DNA of 32,000 bases from Pseudodesulfovibrio mercurii (GCF_000189295.2 NC_016803.1:1380001-1412000); one strand, 5' to 3'. Positions 9,846 to 17,825 are shown, counted from the stretch's first letter. A program made the numbers and translations. Notes: a model not told the origin generated them from the sequence alone.

Positions 9846-9880
9846 GAAAAAGGGGTATCAAATAGTTATTTGATACCCCT
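9846..9880 (-). terminator. Minus-strand rho-independent terminator (14-bp perfect palindrome)
   Basis: AGGGGTATCAAATA (9851-9864) / TATTTGATACCCCT (9867-9880). On the minus strand the stem is followed by TTTTT (plus-strand AAAAA, 9846-9850). It lies about 190 nt downstream of the CGGC gene stop. There is no T-run on the plus side. Confidence 0.55.
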
Positions 9881-10069
9881 TGATATGCAGTGACGGATCG
9901 TGGGCCTTGTCACGACAGGTCGTCAGCCAACCCCAGAATGCCACCTGCATTCATCATTTCAGCCAGTGAAGTTCGCCACATCGTCAGAAAAACACGTTGC
10001 ACACGCCTGGAGCCACACGGAACCCCGCAGGCGGCAACACCGCAGGGACAAGAGGCGTGGCCTTGCCGA

Positions 10070-10516
10070 TTAGTCGTATGCCTTGCGGGTCGCCTCGTCC
10101 GCAATGGAGGCCGCAAGCACGGGCTGCCACTCCGGAGTTTCCCAGGAGCCGAGCTTCGTGTGCATGAGGCGGTATTTTTCCGGGATGGGATGGGTGCCGA
10201 CGACGACCTTGATCCCGTACCGGGTTTCCAGAAAGGACTTGAAGGTCTCGATGTGCGGACAAGGAGGGTAGCCCACGATAAGCCCGGTGGCCAGGTGGAT
10301 GACGTCCACGCCGTTTCGGACCATCTCGTCGCCCAGATACTCCACATTGCCGCCGGGACAGCCGTTGCAGGTGGTGTACCCGACCAGTTCGATCTCCTTG
10401 CCTTCATACAGGGAAAATGCGCCCGCGCGCTCGCGCATGGCCCGCAGGCACTTGCCACCGGCGCAGGTCCGGTAGCGGTCACAGATGACAATCCCGATCT
10501 TGATCGGCTTGCTCAT
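10070..10516 (-). CDS. CGGC-domain protein (Cys-rich, function unknown)
   Basis: Start ATG 10516 is preceded by AAAGGAG (5-nt spacer). 148 aa with ICDRYRTCAGGKC, TTCNGCPGG and YPPCPH cysteine motifs characteristic of the CGGC domain. Confidence 0.8.
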   Translation of the reverse strand: MSKPIKIGIVICDRYRTCAGGKCLRAMRERAGAFSLYEGKEIELVGYTTCNGCPGGNVEYLGDEMVRNGVDVIHLATGLIVGYPPCPHIETFKSFLETRYGIKVVVGTHPIPEKYRLMHTKLGSWETPEWQPVLAASIADEATRKAYD

Positions 10517-10604
10517 AACAACTCCTTTACCGGGACGACCCGGCACGAACTCAGGGACAGGACTCCGCCGAAATGCCTGTGTCTGGAAATATCGCCCGGC
10601 CGGG

Positions 10605-11321
10605 CTACTCCACCAGCTCGACCCGTGCCCGTTTGGCCACGCCGTGGATGTGCCGCTCCATGGCCCGATGGGCCTCGGCCGCGTTGCCCGCCTGGATGTG
10701 CCGCATCAGCTCCTCATGCTCGCACACGGTCTCGACCACGCCCTCGTCAAAGGCCAGGGGCAGCTTCTGGCTCTCGAAAAACAGCTCCATGAACGGGGAG
10801 ATGGCCTCGGTGAAAAACCTGTTGTTGGCGGCCTCGATCATCAGGGTGTGGAAGGAAAAATCGAGATCGAAGAAGGCTGCGTAATCCTGCCGGGCCATGG
10901 CCTTGCGCATGGCCTCCACCACCGCATTCATGTCCGCGATCTGCGCGTTGGTCCCGTTGACCGCGACCAGCCCGGCAATGGCCGGCTCGATGGCGTAGCG
11001 GAACTGGTACATCTGGGACACCCGGCCGGACAACTCCCTGGGAATCTGCACCTTGGCGACGGAGGACGGCGCCGTCCCGCCCGGCTCGCCTCCGGCCAGG
11101 AACATGCCCTTGCCGGGCCTGATCTCGATCCGTCCCCTGGCCTCCATGGTCACCAGGGCCTCCCGGATGGTCGGTCGGCTGAAGGGCAACTCCTCGGCCA
11201 GCGCCCGCTGGGACGGCAATTGAAACCCGCTGCCCCACCCGTTGTCGGCGATCATGGCCTCGATGCTCTCCACGGCCTCGTCCGACCGCGACTTGCGTCC
11301 CACAGTGTTCTCCTTGCTCAC
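10605..11321 (-). CDS. GntR-family transcriptional regulator, FadR/FCD subfamily
   Basis: N-terminal winged HTH (LPSQRALAEELPFSRPTIREALVTMEARGRIEIRPGKG) plus an alpha-helical FCD-type C-terminal domain. I favour GTG 11321, preceded by GGAGG, giving 238 aa. ATG 11405 (266 aa) is the alternative start. Confidence 0.85.
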   Translation of the reverse strand: MSKENTVGRKSRSDEAVESIEAMIADNGWGSGFQLPSQRALAEELPFSRPTIREALVTMEARGRIEIRPGKGMFLAGGEPGGTAPSSVAKVQIPRELSGRVSQMYQFRYAIEPAIAGLVAVNGTNAQIADMNAVVEAMRKAMARQDYAAFFDLDFSFHTLMIEAANNRFFTEAISPFMELFFESQKLPLAFDEGVVETVCEHEELMRHIQAGNAAEAHRAMERHIHGVAKRARVELVE

Positions 11322-11630
11322 ATTGCCTCCCGCGCTTTCCCGGGCTGAAGCAAACCATCCGACCGGCAAAACGCAGACCGTGCGGTCAGACCAGTTTATA
11401 TTCACCTCTACACCACACTCACCAGGACTCTGTCCACCTCTTTTTTATGAACCGACAACTTTGTAGGCAAATCCCACTTTTTACACCTTTTTGTTAAATT
11501 TTAACTATTTTTTAAAAGCTAATTTTTTAATATTGACAATATTTACAATTTGTACCACCAAGGACTTACCGGTCATACCGGCTGGTAAAAAACCGTGTTT
11601 ACCGCAACATCAATTGGAGAGAGAGAGAAC
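11322..11630. promoter_or_regulatory. AT-rich divergent control region between the GntR gene and the ABC operon
   Basis: A sharp GC drop at 11460-11560. It contains TTGACA (11533-11538) and TACAAT (11544-11549), which are not correctly spaced with each other. It also contains the palindrome TACAA-T-TTGTA (11544-11554), and TTGTACCACCA (11550-11560), which fits the loose GntR/FadR operator pattern T.GT...AC.A. Exact promoters are not assignable by eye. Confidence 0.4.
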
Positions 11631-12428
11631 ATGAAAACCCCGATCAGCACCTTCTGCAAGATGGTCCTCGCGTGCATGCTGGCCCTGGTCCTTGCCTGCG
11701 GCCCCGCCCTGGCTTCGGACACCCTTTCACAGATCAAGGACGCCGGAGTCCTCAAGGTCGCCGTGCCCCAGGACTTCCCCCCCTTCGGTTCCGTCGGCCC
11801 GGACATGCAGCCCCTCGGCTATGACATAGACATGGCTTCCCTGATCGCCGCCAAGCTCGGCGTGAAGGTCAAGCTGGTCCCGGTCACCAGCACCAACCGC
11901 ATCCCCTACCTGACCACCGGCAAGGTCGATCTGGTCATCTCCTCGCTGGGCAAGAACCCCAAACGGGCAGCGGTCATCGACTTCTCCGACGCCTACGCCC
12001 CGTTCTTCAACGGCGTTTTCGGCACCAGCGACGAAAAGGTCGCCGGACCCGCCGATCTGGCCGACAAGACCGTTGCCGTCACCCGCGGCTCCATCGAGGA
12101 TCTGGAACTGACCAAGGTCGCGCCCGAGTCCACGGTCATCAAACGGTTCGAGGACAACAGCTCCACCATTGCGGCCTACCAGACCGGCCAGGTGGATCTG
12201 GTCGCCACCGGCAATGTCGTGGCCGCCTCCATCAACGAGAAAAAGCCCGCCAAGATGCTGGAGACCAAGTTCATGATCAAGAATTCGCCCTGCTACGTGG
12301 GCATCGCCAAGGATCAGCCCGCGCTCATGGCCAAGGTCAATGCCATCATTGCCGGCGCCAAGAAGGACGGCTCCCTGGGCGCCATTTCCGAGAAGTGGCT
12401 GCACAACCCCCTGCCCGAGAACCTGTAG
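11631..12428 (+). CDS. ABC transporter substrate-binding protein, polar amino acid (family 3) type
   Basis: ATG 11631 follows GGAGAGAGAGAGAAC. Signal peptide MKTPISTFCKMVLACMLALVLACGPALA. PBPb-type core: LKVAVPQDFPPFG, GYDIDMA, GKVDLVISSL, DFSDAY. Confidence 0.85.
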   Translation: MKTPISTFCKMVLACMLALVLACGPALASDTLSQIKDAGVLKVAVPQDFPPFGSVGPDMQPLGYDIDMASLIAAKLGVKVKLVPVTSTNRIPYLTTGKVDLVISSLGKNPKRAAVIDFSDAYAPFFNGVFGTSDEKVAGPADLADKTVAVTRGSIEDLELTKVAPESTVIKRFEDNSSTIAAYQTGQVDLVATGNVVAASINEKKPAKMLETKFMIKNSPCYVGIAKDQPALMAKVNAIIAGAKKDGSLGAISEKWLHNPLPENL

Positions 12429-12477
12429 CCACCATCCGGGGCGGGAGACAGCCCTCCCGCCCCGTCAAGGCCATGCC

Positions 12478-13146
12478 ATGTCATATCAATTTTCCATAGA
12501 GCCGATCATCAACAACTGGGACCTGTTCGTGGGCGGGGCGCTGACGACCCTGCTCCTGACCGCCCTCGGGTCGGCCGTCGGCATCGGGGCCGGGATTCTC
12601 GGCGCGGTCTCCCGGGCCTGGAAGTTGAAGATCCTGCACCCGGTCTACACCGTGTACGTGGAGTGTGTCCGGAACACCCCGTTCCTCGTCCAGCTCTACT
12701 TCATCTTTTTCGGCCTGCCCGCCCTCGGCGTGAAGCTGAGCGGATGGGAGGCCTCGTTCCTGGCCATGGCCCTCAACCTCGGGGCCTACTCGACCGAGAT
12801 CATCCGGGCGGGCGTCCAGTCCATCCCGCGCGGCCAGGTCGAGGCTGCCGAGTCCCTGGCCCTGAGCCGGTGGCAGACTTTCCGTTTCGTCATCCTGCGG
12901 CCGGCCCTGAAAAACGTCTGGCCCGCCCTGTGCAGCCAGATCATCATCGTCATGCTCGGCTCCTCCGTCTGTTCCCAGGTGGCGGCCCAGGAGCTGACCT
13001 ACACCGCCAACCTGATCCAGTCCCGAACCTTCAGGGCGTTCGAGATCTACGCCTTCAGCACGCTCGTATATCTCCTGCTGGCGGTCGTGGTGCGCAAATG
13101 CCTGAATGTCGTGGGGCACCGGTTCATCTTCGGGAGGACGGCATGA
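12478..13146 (+). CDS. Amino acid ABC transporter permease (His/Glu/Gln/Arg/opine family)
   Basis: 222 aa starting MSYQFS. Contains the EAA-loop motif EAAESLALSRWQTFRFVILRPAL and multiple TM spans. Confidence 0.85.
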   Translation: MSYQFSIEPIINNWDLFVGGALTTLLLTALGSAVGIGAGILGAVSRAWKLKILHPVYTVYVECVRNTPFLVQLYFIFFGLPALGVKLSGWEASFLAMALNLGAYSTEIIRAGVQSIPRGQVEAAESLALSRWQTFRFVILRPALKNVWPALCSQIIIVMLGSSVCSQVAAQELTYTANLIQSRTFRAFEIYAFSTLVYLLLAVVVRKCLNVVGHRFIFGRTA

Positions 13147-13799
13147 TCGAATTCACCCTCTGGGACATTGTCCGGCATCTGCTCGTGGGAGCGGCCTGGA
13201 CCATCGGGCTGTCTCTCATCGCCTTCGTGTCGGGCGGCATGGTCGGCCTGCTGATCCTCATCGGCCGCATCTCGCCGCGCCCCGCCCTGTCCCGACCGGC
13301 CCGGACGTACATCGAATTCTTCCAGGACACGCCGCTTCTGATGCAGCTCTTCCTGATCTTTTTCGGCGTCGGGCTGCTCGGCTTCGACATCTCGCCACTG
13401 ATCACGGCCGCGCTGGGCCTGACCCTGTTCACCAGCGCCTATCTGGCCGAAATCTGGCGCGGCTGCGTGGAGTCCATCGCAAACGGCCAGTGGGAGGCCG
13501 GGGAAAGCCTGGCCCTGAGCCGCTGGCAACAGCTGCGTTTCGTCATCCTGCCGCAGGCCGTCCGCATCGCCGTGCCCCCCACCGTGGGGTTCTCCGTCCA
13601 GGTGGTCAAGGGAACCGCGGTCACCTCGATCATAGGCTTCATGGAAATCACCAAAACCGGTTCCATGATCTCAAACGCGACATTCAGGCCGCTGCTTGTC
13701 TACGGCATGGTTGCCGTGGGATATTTCATCATCTGTTATCCGCTGTCGGCCCTGGCCAGACAGGTGGAAAGGAGGCTCCATGCCGCTTGTAGCCGCTGA
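13143..13799 (+). CDS. Amino acid ABC transporter permease (second subunit)
   Basis: ATG 13143 overlaps the upstream stop (ATGA). 218 aa with EAGESLALSRWQQLRFVILPQA. Confidence 0.85.
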   Translation: MIEFTLWDIVRHLLVGAAWTIGLSLIAFVSGGMVGLLILIGRISPRPALSRPARTYIEFFQDTPLLMQLFLIFFGVGLLGFDISPLITAALGLTLFTSAYLAEIWRGCVESIANGQWEAGESLALSRWQQLRFVILPQAVRIAVPPTVGFSVQVVKGTAVTSIIGFMEITKTGSMISNATFRPLLVYGMVAVGYFIICYPLSALARQVERRLHAACSR

Positions 13800-14508
13800 G
13801 GGCATTCACAAGAGTTTCGGGAACAACGAGGTCCTCAAGGGCGTCGATCTCAAGGTCAAGGAAGGCGAAGTCGTGGCCGTCATCGGCCGCAGCGGCTCCG
13901 GCAAGAGCACGCTGCTGCGCATCCTCAACGGTCTGGAGTCCTTTGACGACGGCATCCTGGTCATCGACGGCGAGCGCATGACCGGCATGGAAAAGGACCT
14001 CCGCCCCCTTCGGCTGAAGGTGGGCATGGTCTTCCAGCAGTTCAACCTGTTCCCCCACCTGACCGCCGGGGAAAACGTCATGCTCGCCCCGAGACAGGTC
14101 AAGAAGGCTGAGGCAGTCGAGGTCCGCGCCCTGGCCGAGGAAATGCTCGCCAGAGTGGGCCTTGCCGACAAGTTCAACGCCTATCCGGACCAGCTGTCCG
14201 GCGGCCAGCAGCAGCGGGTGGCCATTGCCCGCTCCCTGGCCATGCGGCCCAAGGTACTGTTGTGCGACGAGATCACCTCGGCCCTGGACCCGGAACTGGT
14301 GGGCGAGGTCCTGGAGGTGGTCCGCAAGCTGGCCGAGGAGGGCATGACCCTGATCATGGTCACCCACGAGATGCGCTTTGCCCGCGAGGTCGGCGACAAG
14401 CTCATCTTCATGCACCAGGGCAAGGTCCACGAGCAGGGCGACCCCAAGGCGCTCTTCGCCGCCCCGACCACCCCGGAACTGGCCTCGTTCATCCAGGCCA
14501 TAGATTAA
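13780..14508 (+). CDS. Amino acid ABC transporter ATP-binding protein (GlnQ/HisP-like)
   Basis: ATG 13780 follows GGAGG, inside the 3' end of the permease gene. Walker A GRSGSGKST, signature LSGGQQQRVAIAR, Walker B LLCDE, H-loop VTHE. Confidence 0.9.
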   Translation: MPLVAAEGIHKSFGNNEVLKGVDLKVKEGEVVAVIGRSGSGKSTLLRILNGLESFDDGILVIDGERMTGMEKDLRPLRLKVGMVFQQFNLFPHLTAGENVMLAPRQVKKAEAVEVRALAEEMLARVGLADKFNAYPDQLSGGQQQRVAIARSLAMRPKVLLCDEITSALDPELVGEVLEVVRKLAEEGMTLIMVTHEMRFAREVGDKLIFMHQGKVHEQGDPKALFAAPTTPELASFIQAID

Positions 14509-14528
14509 CTTCCAACCGCGAGAAGCAA

Positions 14529-15788
14529 ATGCATACCATCCACACCAATCCCGAACGGCTGCAACGGTTCCTGACCGAGATCGCCGAGTACGGGGCAACC
14601 CCCAACGGCGGCGTCACCCGGCTGGCCCTGAGCGACGAGGACCGGGACGCCCGCGACCGGTTGAAAGCGTGGTTCGAGGCCGCCGGCTGCGAGACGCACA
14701 TCGACCGCATGGGCAACATGTTCTTCGTCCGACCGGGGAAGAACCGGTCGCTCGCCCCGGTCATGACCGGCTCCCACTGCGACTCCCAGCCCCAGGGCGG
14801 CCGGTTCGACGGCATCCTCGGCATCATCGGCGGTCTGGAGGCGGTCTGCGCCCTGAACGACGCGGGCGTGACCCTTGAGCGGGACCTGATCGTGGTCAAC
14901 TGGACCAACGAGGAAGGCAGCCGCTTCACCCCCGGCACCACCGGCTCCGGCGTGTTCGCGGGCAAGCTCGACCGCGAGGCCATGTACGGGCTGACCGACC
15001 GCAACGGGTTGACCTTCGGCGGTGAACTCGAGCGCATCGGCTACAAGGGGGCGGAGGACTTCGACCCGCGCCCCCTGCATGCCAATTTCGAGTACCACAT
15101 CGAGCAGGGACCGGTCCTGGAACGGCGGGGCAAAACCATCGGCGTGCCCAAGGGCATCGTCTGCCTGCGCTGGTACGACGTGGAGATTCAGGGCGTGCCC
15201 AACCACGCCGGGCCCACGCCCATGAACGAACGGCAGGACGCCATCTACGCCTTTTCCCGCATGGCCTCCCGCATCTTCGACATCGGGCTGAACGCCGACG
15301 GGGTGGTGGCCACCGTGGGCGAAGTGCATCCCTCGCCCAACTCGCGCAACGTCATCGCGGGCCACGTCCACTTCACCATAGACATCCGGGGCTGGGACGA
15401 GACCGAAACCGACCGCGTGTGCGCGGATATTGAGACGGCCATCCGGCAAAACGCCGAAGCCACGGGCTGCACCGTGGACATCCGCCGGACCTGGGCCGTC
15501 GAGCGCGCCCCGTTTCATCCGGAACTGGTCGCCCTTATCCATGAATCGGCCGAAAAGCTGGCCCTGCCCGCCCTGGACATGGTCTCCGGGGCATCTCACG
15601 ACACCGTGTACATCAACCAGTTCGCGCCCAGCGCCATGATCTTCGTGCCCTCCATCGGCGGGCGCAGCCATGCCGAGGTGGAGGAGACCTCCTGGGCGGA
15701 CTGCGCGGCCGGGGCCGACGTGCTCCTGAACTGCATCATCAAGACGGGCAACGACCCGGAAGGCGTGTCCTACGCCATGGCGGACTGA
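14529..15788 (+). CDS. allC: M20-family Zn amidohydrolase, allantoate amidohydrolase / N-carbamoyl-L-amino-acid hydrolase type
   Basis: 419 aa. N-terminus YGATPNGGVTRLALSDEDRDARDRLKAWFEAAGCETHIDRMGNMF, then GSHCDSQPQGGRFDGILG, NWTNEEGSRF, and GASHDT near the C-terminus. This is the AllC/AmaB subfamily pattern. The specific allC call leans on the AllE-like neighbour. Confidence 0.7.
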   Translation: MHTIHTNPERLQRFLTEIAEYGATPNGGVTRLALSDEDRDARDRLKAWFEAAGCETHIDRMGNMFFVRPGKNRSLAPVMTGSHCDSQPQGGRFDGILGIIGGLEAVCALNDAGVTLERDLIVVNWTNEEGSRFTPGTTGSGVFAGKLDREAMYGLTDRNGLTFGGELERIGYKGAEDFDPRPLHANFEYHIEQGPVLERRGKTIGVPKGIVCLRWYDVEIQGVPNHAGPTPMNERQDAIYAFSRMASRIFDIGLNADGVVATVGEVHPSPNSRNVIAGHVHFTIDIRGWDETETDRVCADIETAIRQNAEATGCTVDIRRTWAVERAPFHPELVALIHESAEKLALPALDMVSGASHDTVYINQFAPSAMIFVPSIGGRSHAEVEETSWADCAAGADVLLNCIIKTGNDPEGVSYAMAD

Positions 15789-15815
15789 ACCGCACCGACA
15801 CATAAAGGAATGAAC

Positions 15816-16811
15816 ATGAGCGACATCGAATTCGAAAAAATCTACCGTGACGAAGACGTGGACCTGTCCGTGCTGGACGGCAAGACCGTGGCCATCATCG
15901 GCTACGGCAGCCAGGGCCGCGCCCAATCCATGAACATGCGCGAAAGCGGGGTGAAGATCATCGTGGGCGCGGGCGACCGCACCCGCCACTCCAGCTGGGA
16001 CAAGGCCGAGGCCGACGGCTTCACGGTCTACTCCATCGAGGAGGCCGTGGACAAGGCGGACATCGTCCACATCCTGCTCCAGGACCCGGCCCAGCCGTCG
16101 GTCTACTACGAATCCATCCACGGCCACCTCAAGCCGGGCCAGACCCTGAGCTTCGCCCACGGCTTCGCCATCCTCTACGGGACCATCAAGCCGCCCAAGG
16201 ACGTGGACGTGGTCCTGTTCGTGCCCAACGGCCCCGGCCCCGTGACCCGGCAGAAGTACAAGGACGGCTCCGGCATCTGGGGCTGCGTCAGCGTGGACCA
16301 GGATGTCAGCGGCCACGCCCGGGAAACCGCCCTGGCCATCGCCAAGGCCGTGGGCTCCACCCGCGTCGGCGTGGTGGACATGACCTTCCAGCACGAGACC
16401 GAGGGCGACAACTACGAGGAGCAGGTCCTCTACGGCGGGACCATCCACCTGATGCGGACCATGTACAACATCATGGTCAAGAACGGGTATCCCCGCTCCT
16501 TCGCCTATGCCAAGGCGATCCGCTCCATCCGCTCCATCATCGACGATATCGACGCCGTGGGCATTGAAGCGTATCTTACCTCCCGGGCCAGCCGCACCTG
16601 CGAGTTCGCCGTGCGTCACAGCGGCCCGCGCGTCATCAACGAAAAGGCCATGGAAGAGATCTTCGCCGAGACCGAGCGCGGCATCTTCGCCCGCAACTGG
16701 CTCCAGGAGTTCTCCCTCGGCATGCCGACCCTGAACCGCATGCGCCGCACCTGGGCCGAGTCCGACATGGAGCAGACCGGCACGATCTGGCGCGAGAAAT
16801 TTGGCAAGTAG
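15816..16811 (+). CDS. Ketol-acid reductoisomerase-like NAD(P)-dependent oxidoreductase (divergent paralog, probably not housekeeping IlvC)
   Basis: Class-I KARI fold: GKTVAIIGYGSQGRAQSMNMRESG, FAHGFAI, PNGPGPVTR. ATG 15816 is better spaced from AAAGGA (15804-15809) than ATG 15810. Motif deviations are described in findings. Confidence 0.75.
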   Translation: MSDIEFEKIYRDEDVDLSVLDGKTVAIIGYGSQGRAQSMNMRESGVKIIVGAGDRTRHSSWDKAEADGFTVYSIEEAVDKADIVHILLQDPAQPSVYYESIHGHLKPGQTLSFAHGFAILYGTIKPPKDVDVVLFVPNGPGPVTRQKYKDGSGIWGCVSVDQDVSGHARETALAIAKAVGSTRVGVVDMTFQHETEGDNYEEQVLYGGTIHLMRTMYNIMVKNGYPRSFAYAKAIRSIRSIIDDIDAVGIEAYLTSRASRTCEFAVRHSGPRVINEKAMEEIFAETERGIFARNWLQEFSLGMPTLNRMRRTWAESDMEQTGTIWREKFGK

Positions 16812-16894
16812 CACACCCCTCGCCCGGAGCGGGGGAAACGACCTCTCCCCCATTCCGGGCCAATGCAAAGCAGGCCGAACCAACGAGGTTTACC

Positions 16895-17674
16895 ATGCCT
16901 TATCCTGACGGATTTCTGAAAAACCGGTCATCATACGAACCGAGCAAATATGCGGTCATCACCACCGAGGGGAGGGTCAACAACGTGGTGCCGGGCATCA
17001 CGGGCTGCACCCTGTCCATCCTGGCCTCACCCAAGCTGGGCGCCAACTTCGTGCAGCTGGTGGGCACGGTCTCCACCGAAGGCGGGACGACCATGCCCTA
17101 CGGACGGGCCGAAAACATCGAGACCTTCCTGTTCGTCATGGACGGCGAAGGGACCCTCGACGTGACCGTGGACGGCCAAACCGAGACCCTGGCCGCCGGG
17201 GGCTACATCTACTCCCCGCCCGGCGAGGGCATCGGCTTCGCCTCCAGGGGCGACGCGCCGGTGACCATCCTCCTCTACAAGCAGCGCTTCATCCCCCATC
17301 CAGACCCGGCCATGAAACAGCCGTGGAAGGTCAGCGGAACCATCCGCGACATGCAAGAGGGATTGTACGACGGGATGGACAACGTGTTCATCCGCGACCT
17401 GCTGCCCGTGGACCAGGCCTTTGACATGAACTTCCACACCCTGGCCTTCCTGCCCGGCGGCTGCCATCCCTTTGTGGAGACCCACGTGCAGGAGCACGGC
17501 ATGTACATCTACCAGGGCCAGGGCCTCTACCTGCTGGACGAGGTCTGGCTGCCCGTGGAGTCCGGCGACTTCATCTGGATCGCCCCGTTCTGCAAGCAGG
17601 CCTGCTACGGCACCGGCCTGGAACGCATGGAGTACATCTACTCCAAGGACTGCCACCGCGACGAGGCCATCTAG
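16895..17674 (+). CDS. allE: (S)-ureidoglycine aminohydrolase-like bicupin
   Basis: 259 aa. Remembered E. coli AllE/YlbA features are all present in the same order: ILASPKLGANFV, IETFLFVMDGEG, LYKQRFIP, FDMNFHTLAF, VETHVQEHGMYIYQGQG, YIYSKDCHRD. Confidence 0.75.
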   Translation: MPYPDGFLKNRSSYEPSKYAVITTEGRVNNVVPGITGCTLSILASPKLGANFVQLVGTVSTEGGTTMPYGRAENIETFLFVMDGEGTLDVTVDGQTETLAAGGYIYSPPGEGIGFASRGDAPVTILLYKQRFIPHPDPAMKQPWKVSGTIRDMQEGLYDGMDNVFIRDLLPVDQAFDMNFHTLAFLPGGCHPFVETHVQEHGMYIYQGQGLYLLDEVWLPVESGDFIWIAPFCKQACYGTGLERMEYIYSKDCHRDEAI

Positions 17675-17732
17675 CCCCGCCGGAAGCGGCGGACACAGGG
17701 CGGACCGGTTCCCGAACTCCGCCACAAGGCAC

Positions 17733-17766
17733 GAAAAAGGGTTCCAAGCATTGACTTGGAACCCTT
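17733..17766 (-). terminator. Minus-strand rho-independent terminator just after the tRNA-like fragment
   Basis: AAGGGTTCCAAG (17737-17748) / CTTGGAACCCTT (17755-17766) with a 6-nt loop. On the minus strand the stem runs into TTTTTCG. It begins 10 nt after the CCA-like end of the fragment. Confidence 0.6.
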
Positions 17767-17776
17767 GCCCTTCTGA

Positions 17777-17825
17777 TGGTTGAGCGGGAGGGAATCGAAC
17801 CCGCGACCTCTTGCATGCCATTCCA
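17777..17825 (-). pseudogene. Degenerate 3' fragment of a tRNA-Ala(GGC)-like gene (no 5' half)
   Basis: The minus strand reads TGGAATGGCATGCAAGAGGTCGCGGGTTCGATTCCCTCCCGCTCAACCA. This matches the last 49 nt of the tRNA-Ala at 19567-19642 at 43/49 positions, including the anticodon loop ATGGCAT, the T-loop and CCA. No acceptor 5' strand or D-arm lies upstream, and the anticodon stem has two mismatches. Confidence 0.7.

Noticed and set aside
15816-16811. Labelling this gene simply as housekeeping ilvC.
   Set aside because: The genomic context is ureide catabolism with no ilv or leu neighbours. Several remembered KARI signature strings are altered, including the second pair of metal-binding glutamates. 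I kept it as KARI-like with uncertain function.
14505-16883. 792-aa minus-strand ORF. There are similar long antisense ORFs at 22149-23822, 5007-6230, 8069-9544, 3525-4928 and 9890-10792.
   Set aside because: All are mirror frames of well-supported genes (AllC-like/KARI-like, cyclase, EamA/LpxB, PanF, MFS, CGGC/GntR). They have low-complexity G/A/R/P/H-rich translations and no recognisable motifs. This is the typical high-GC artefact.
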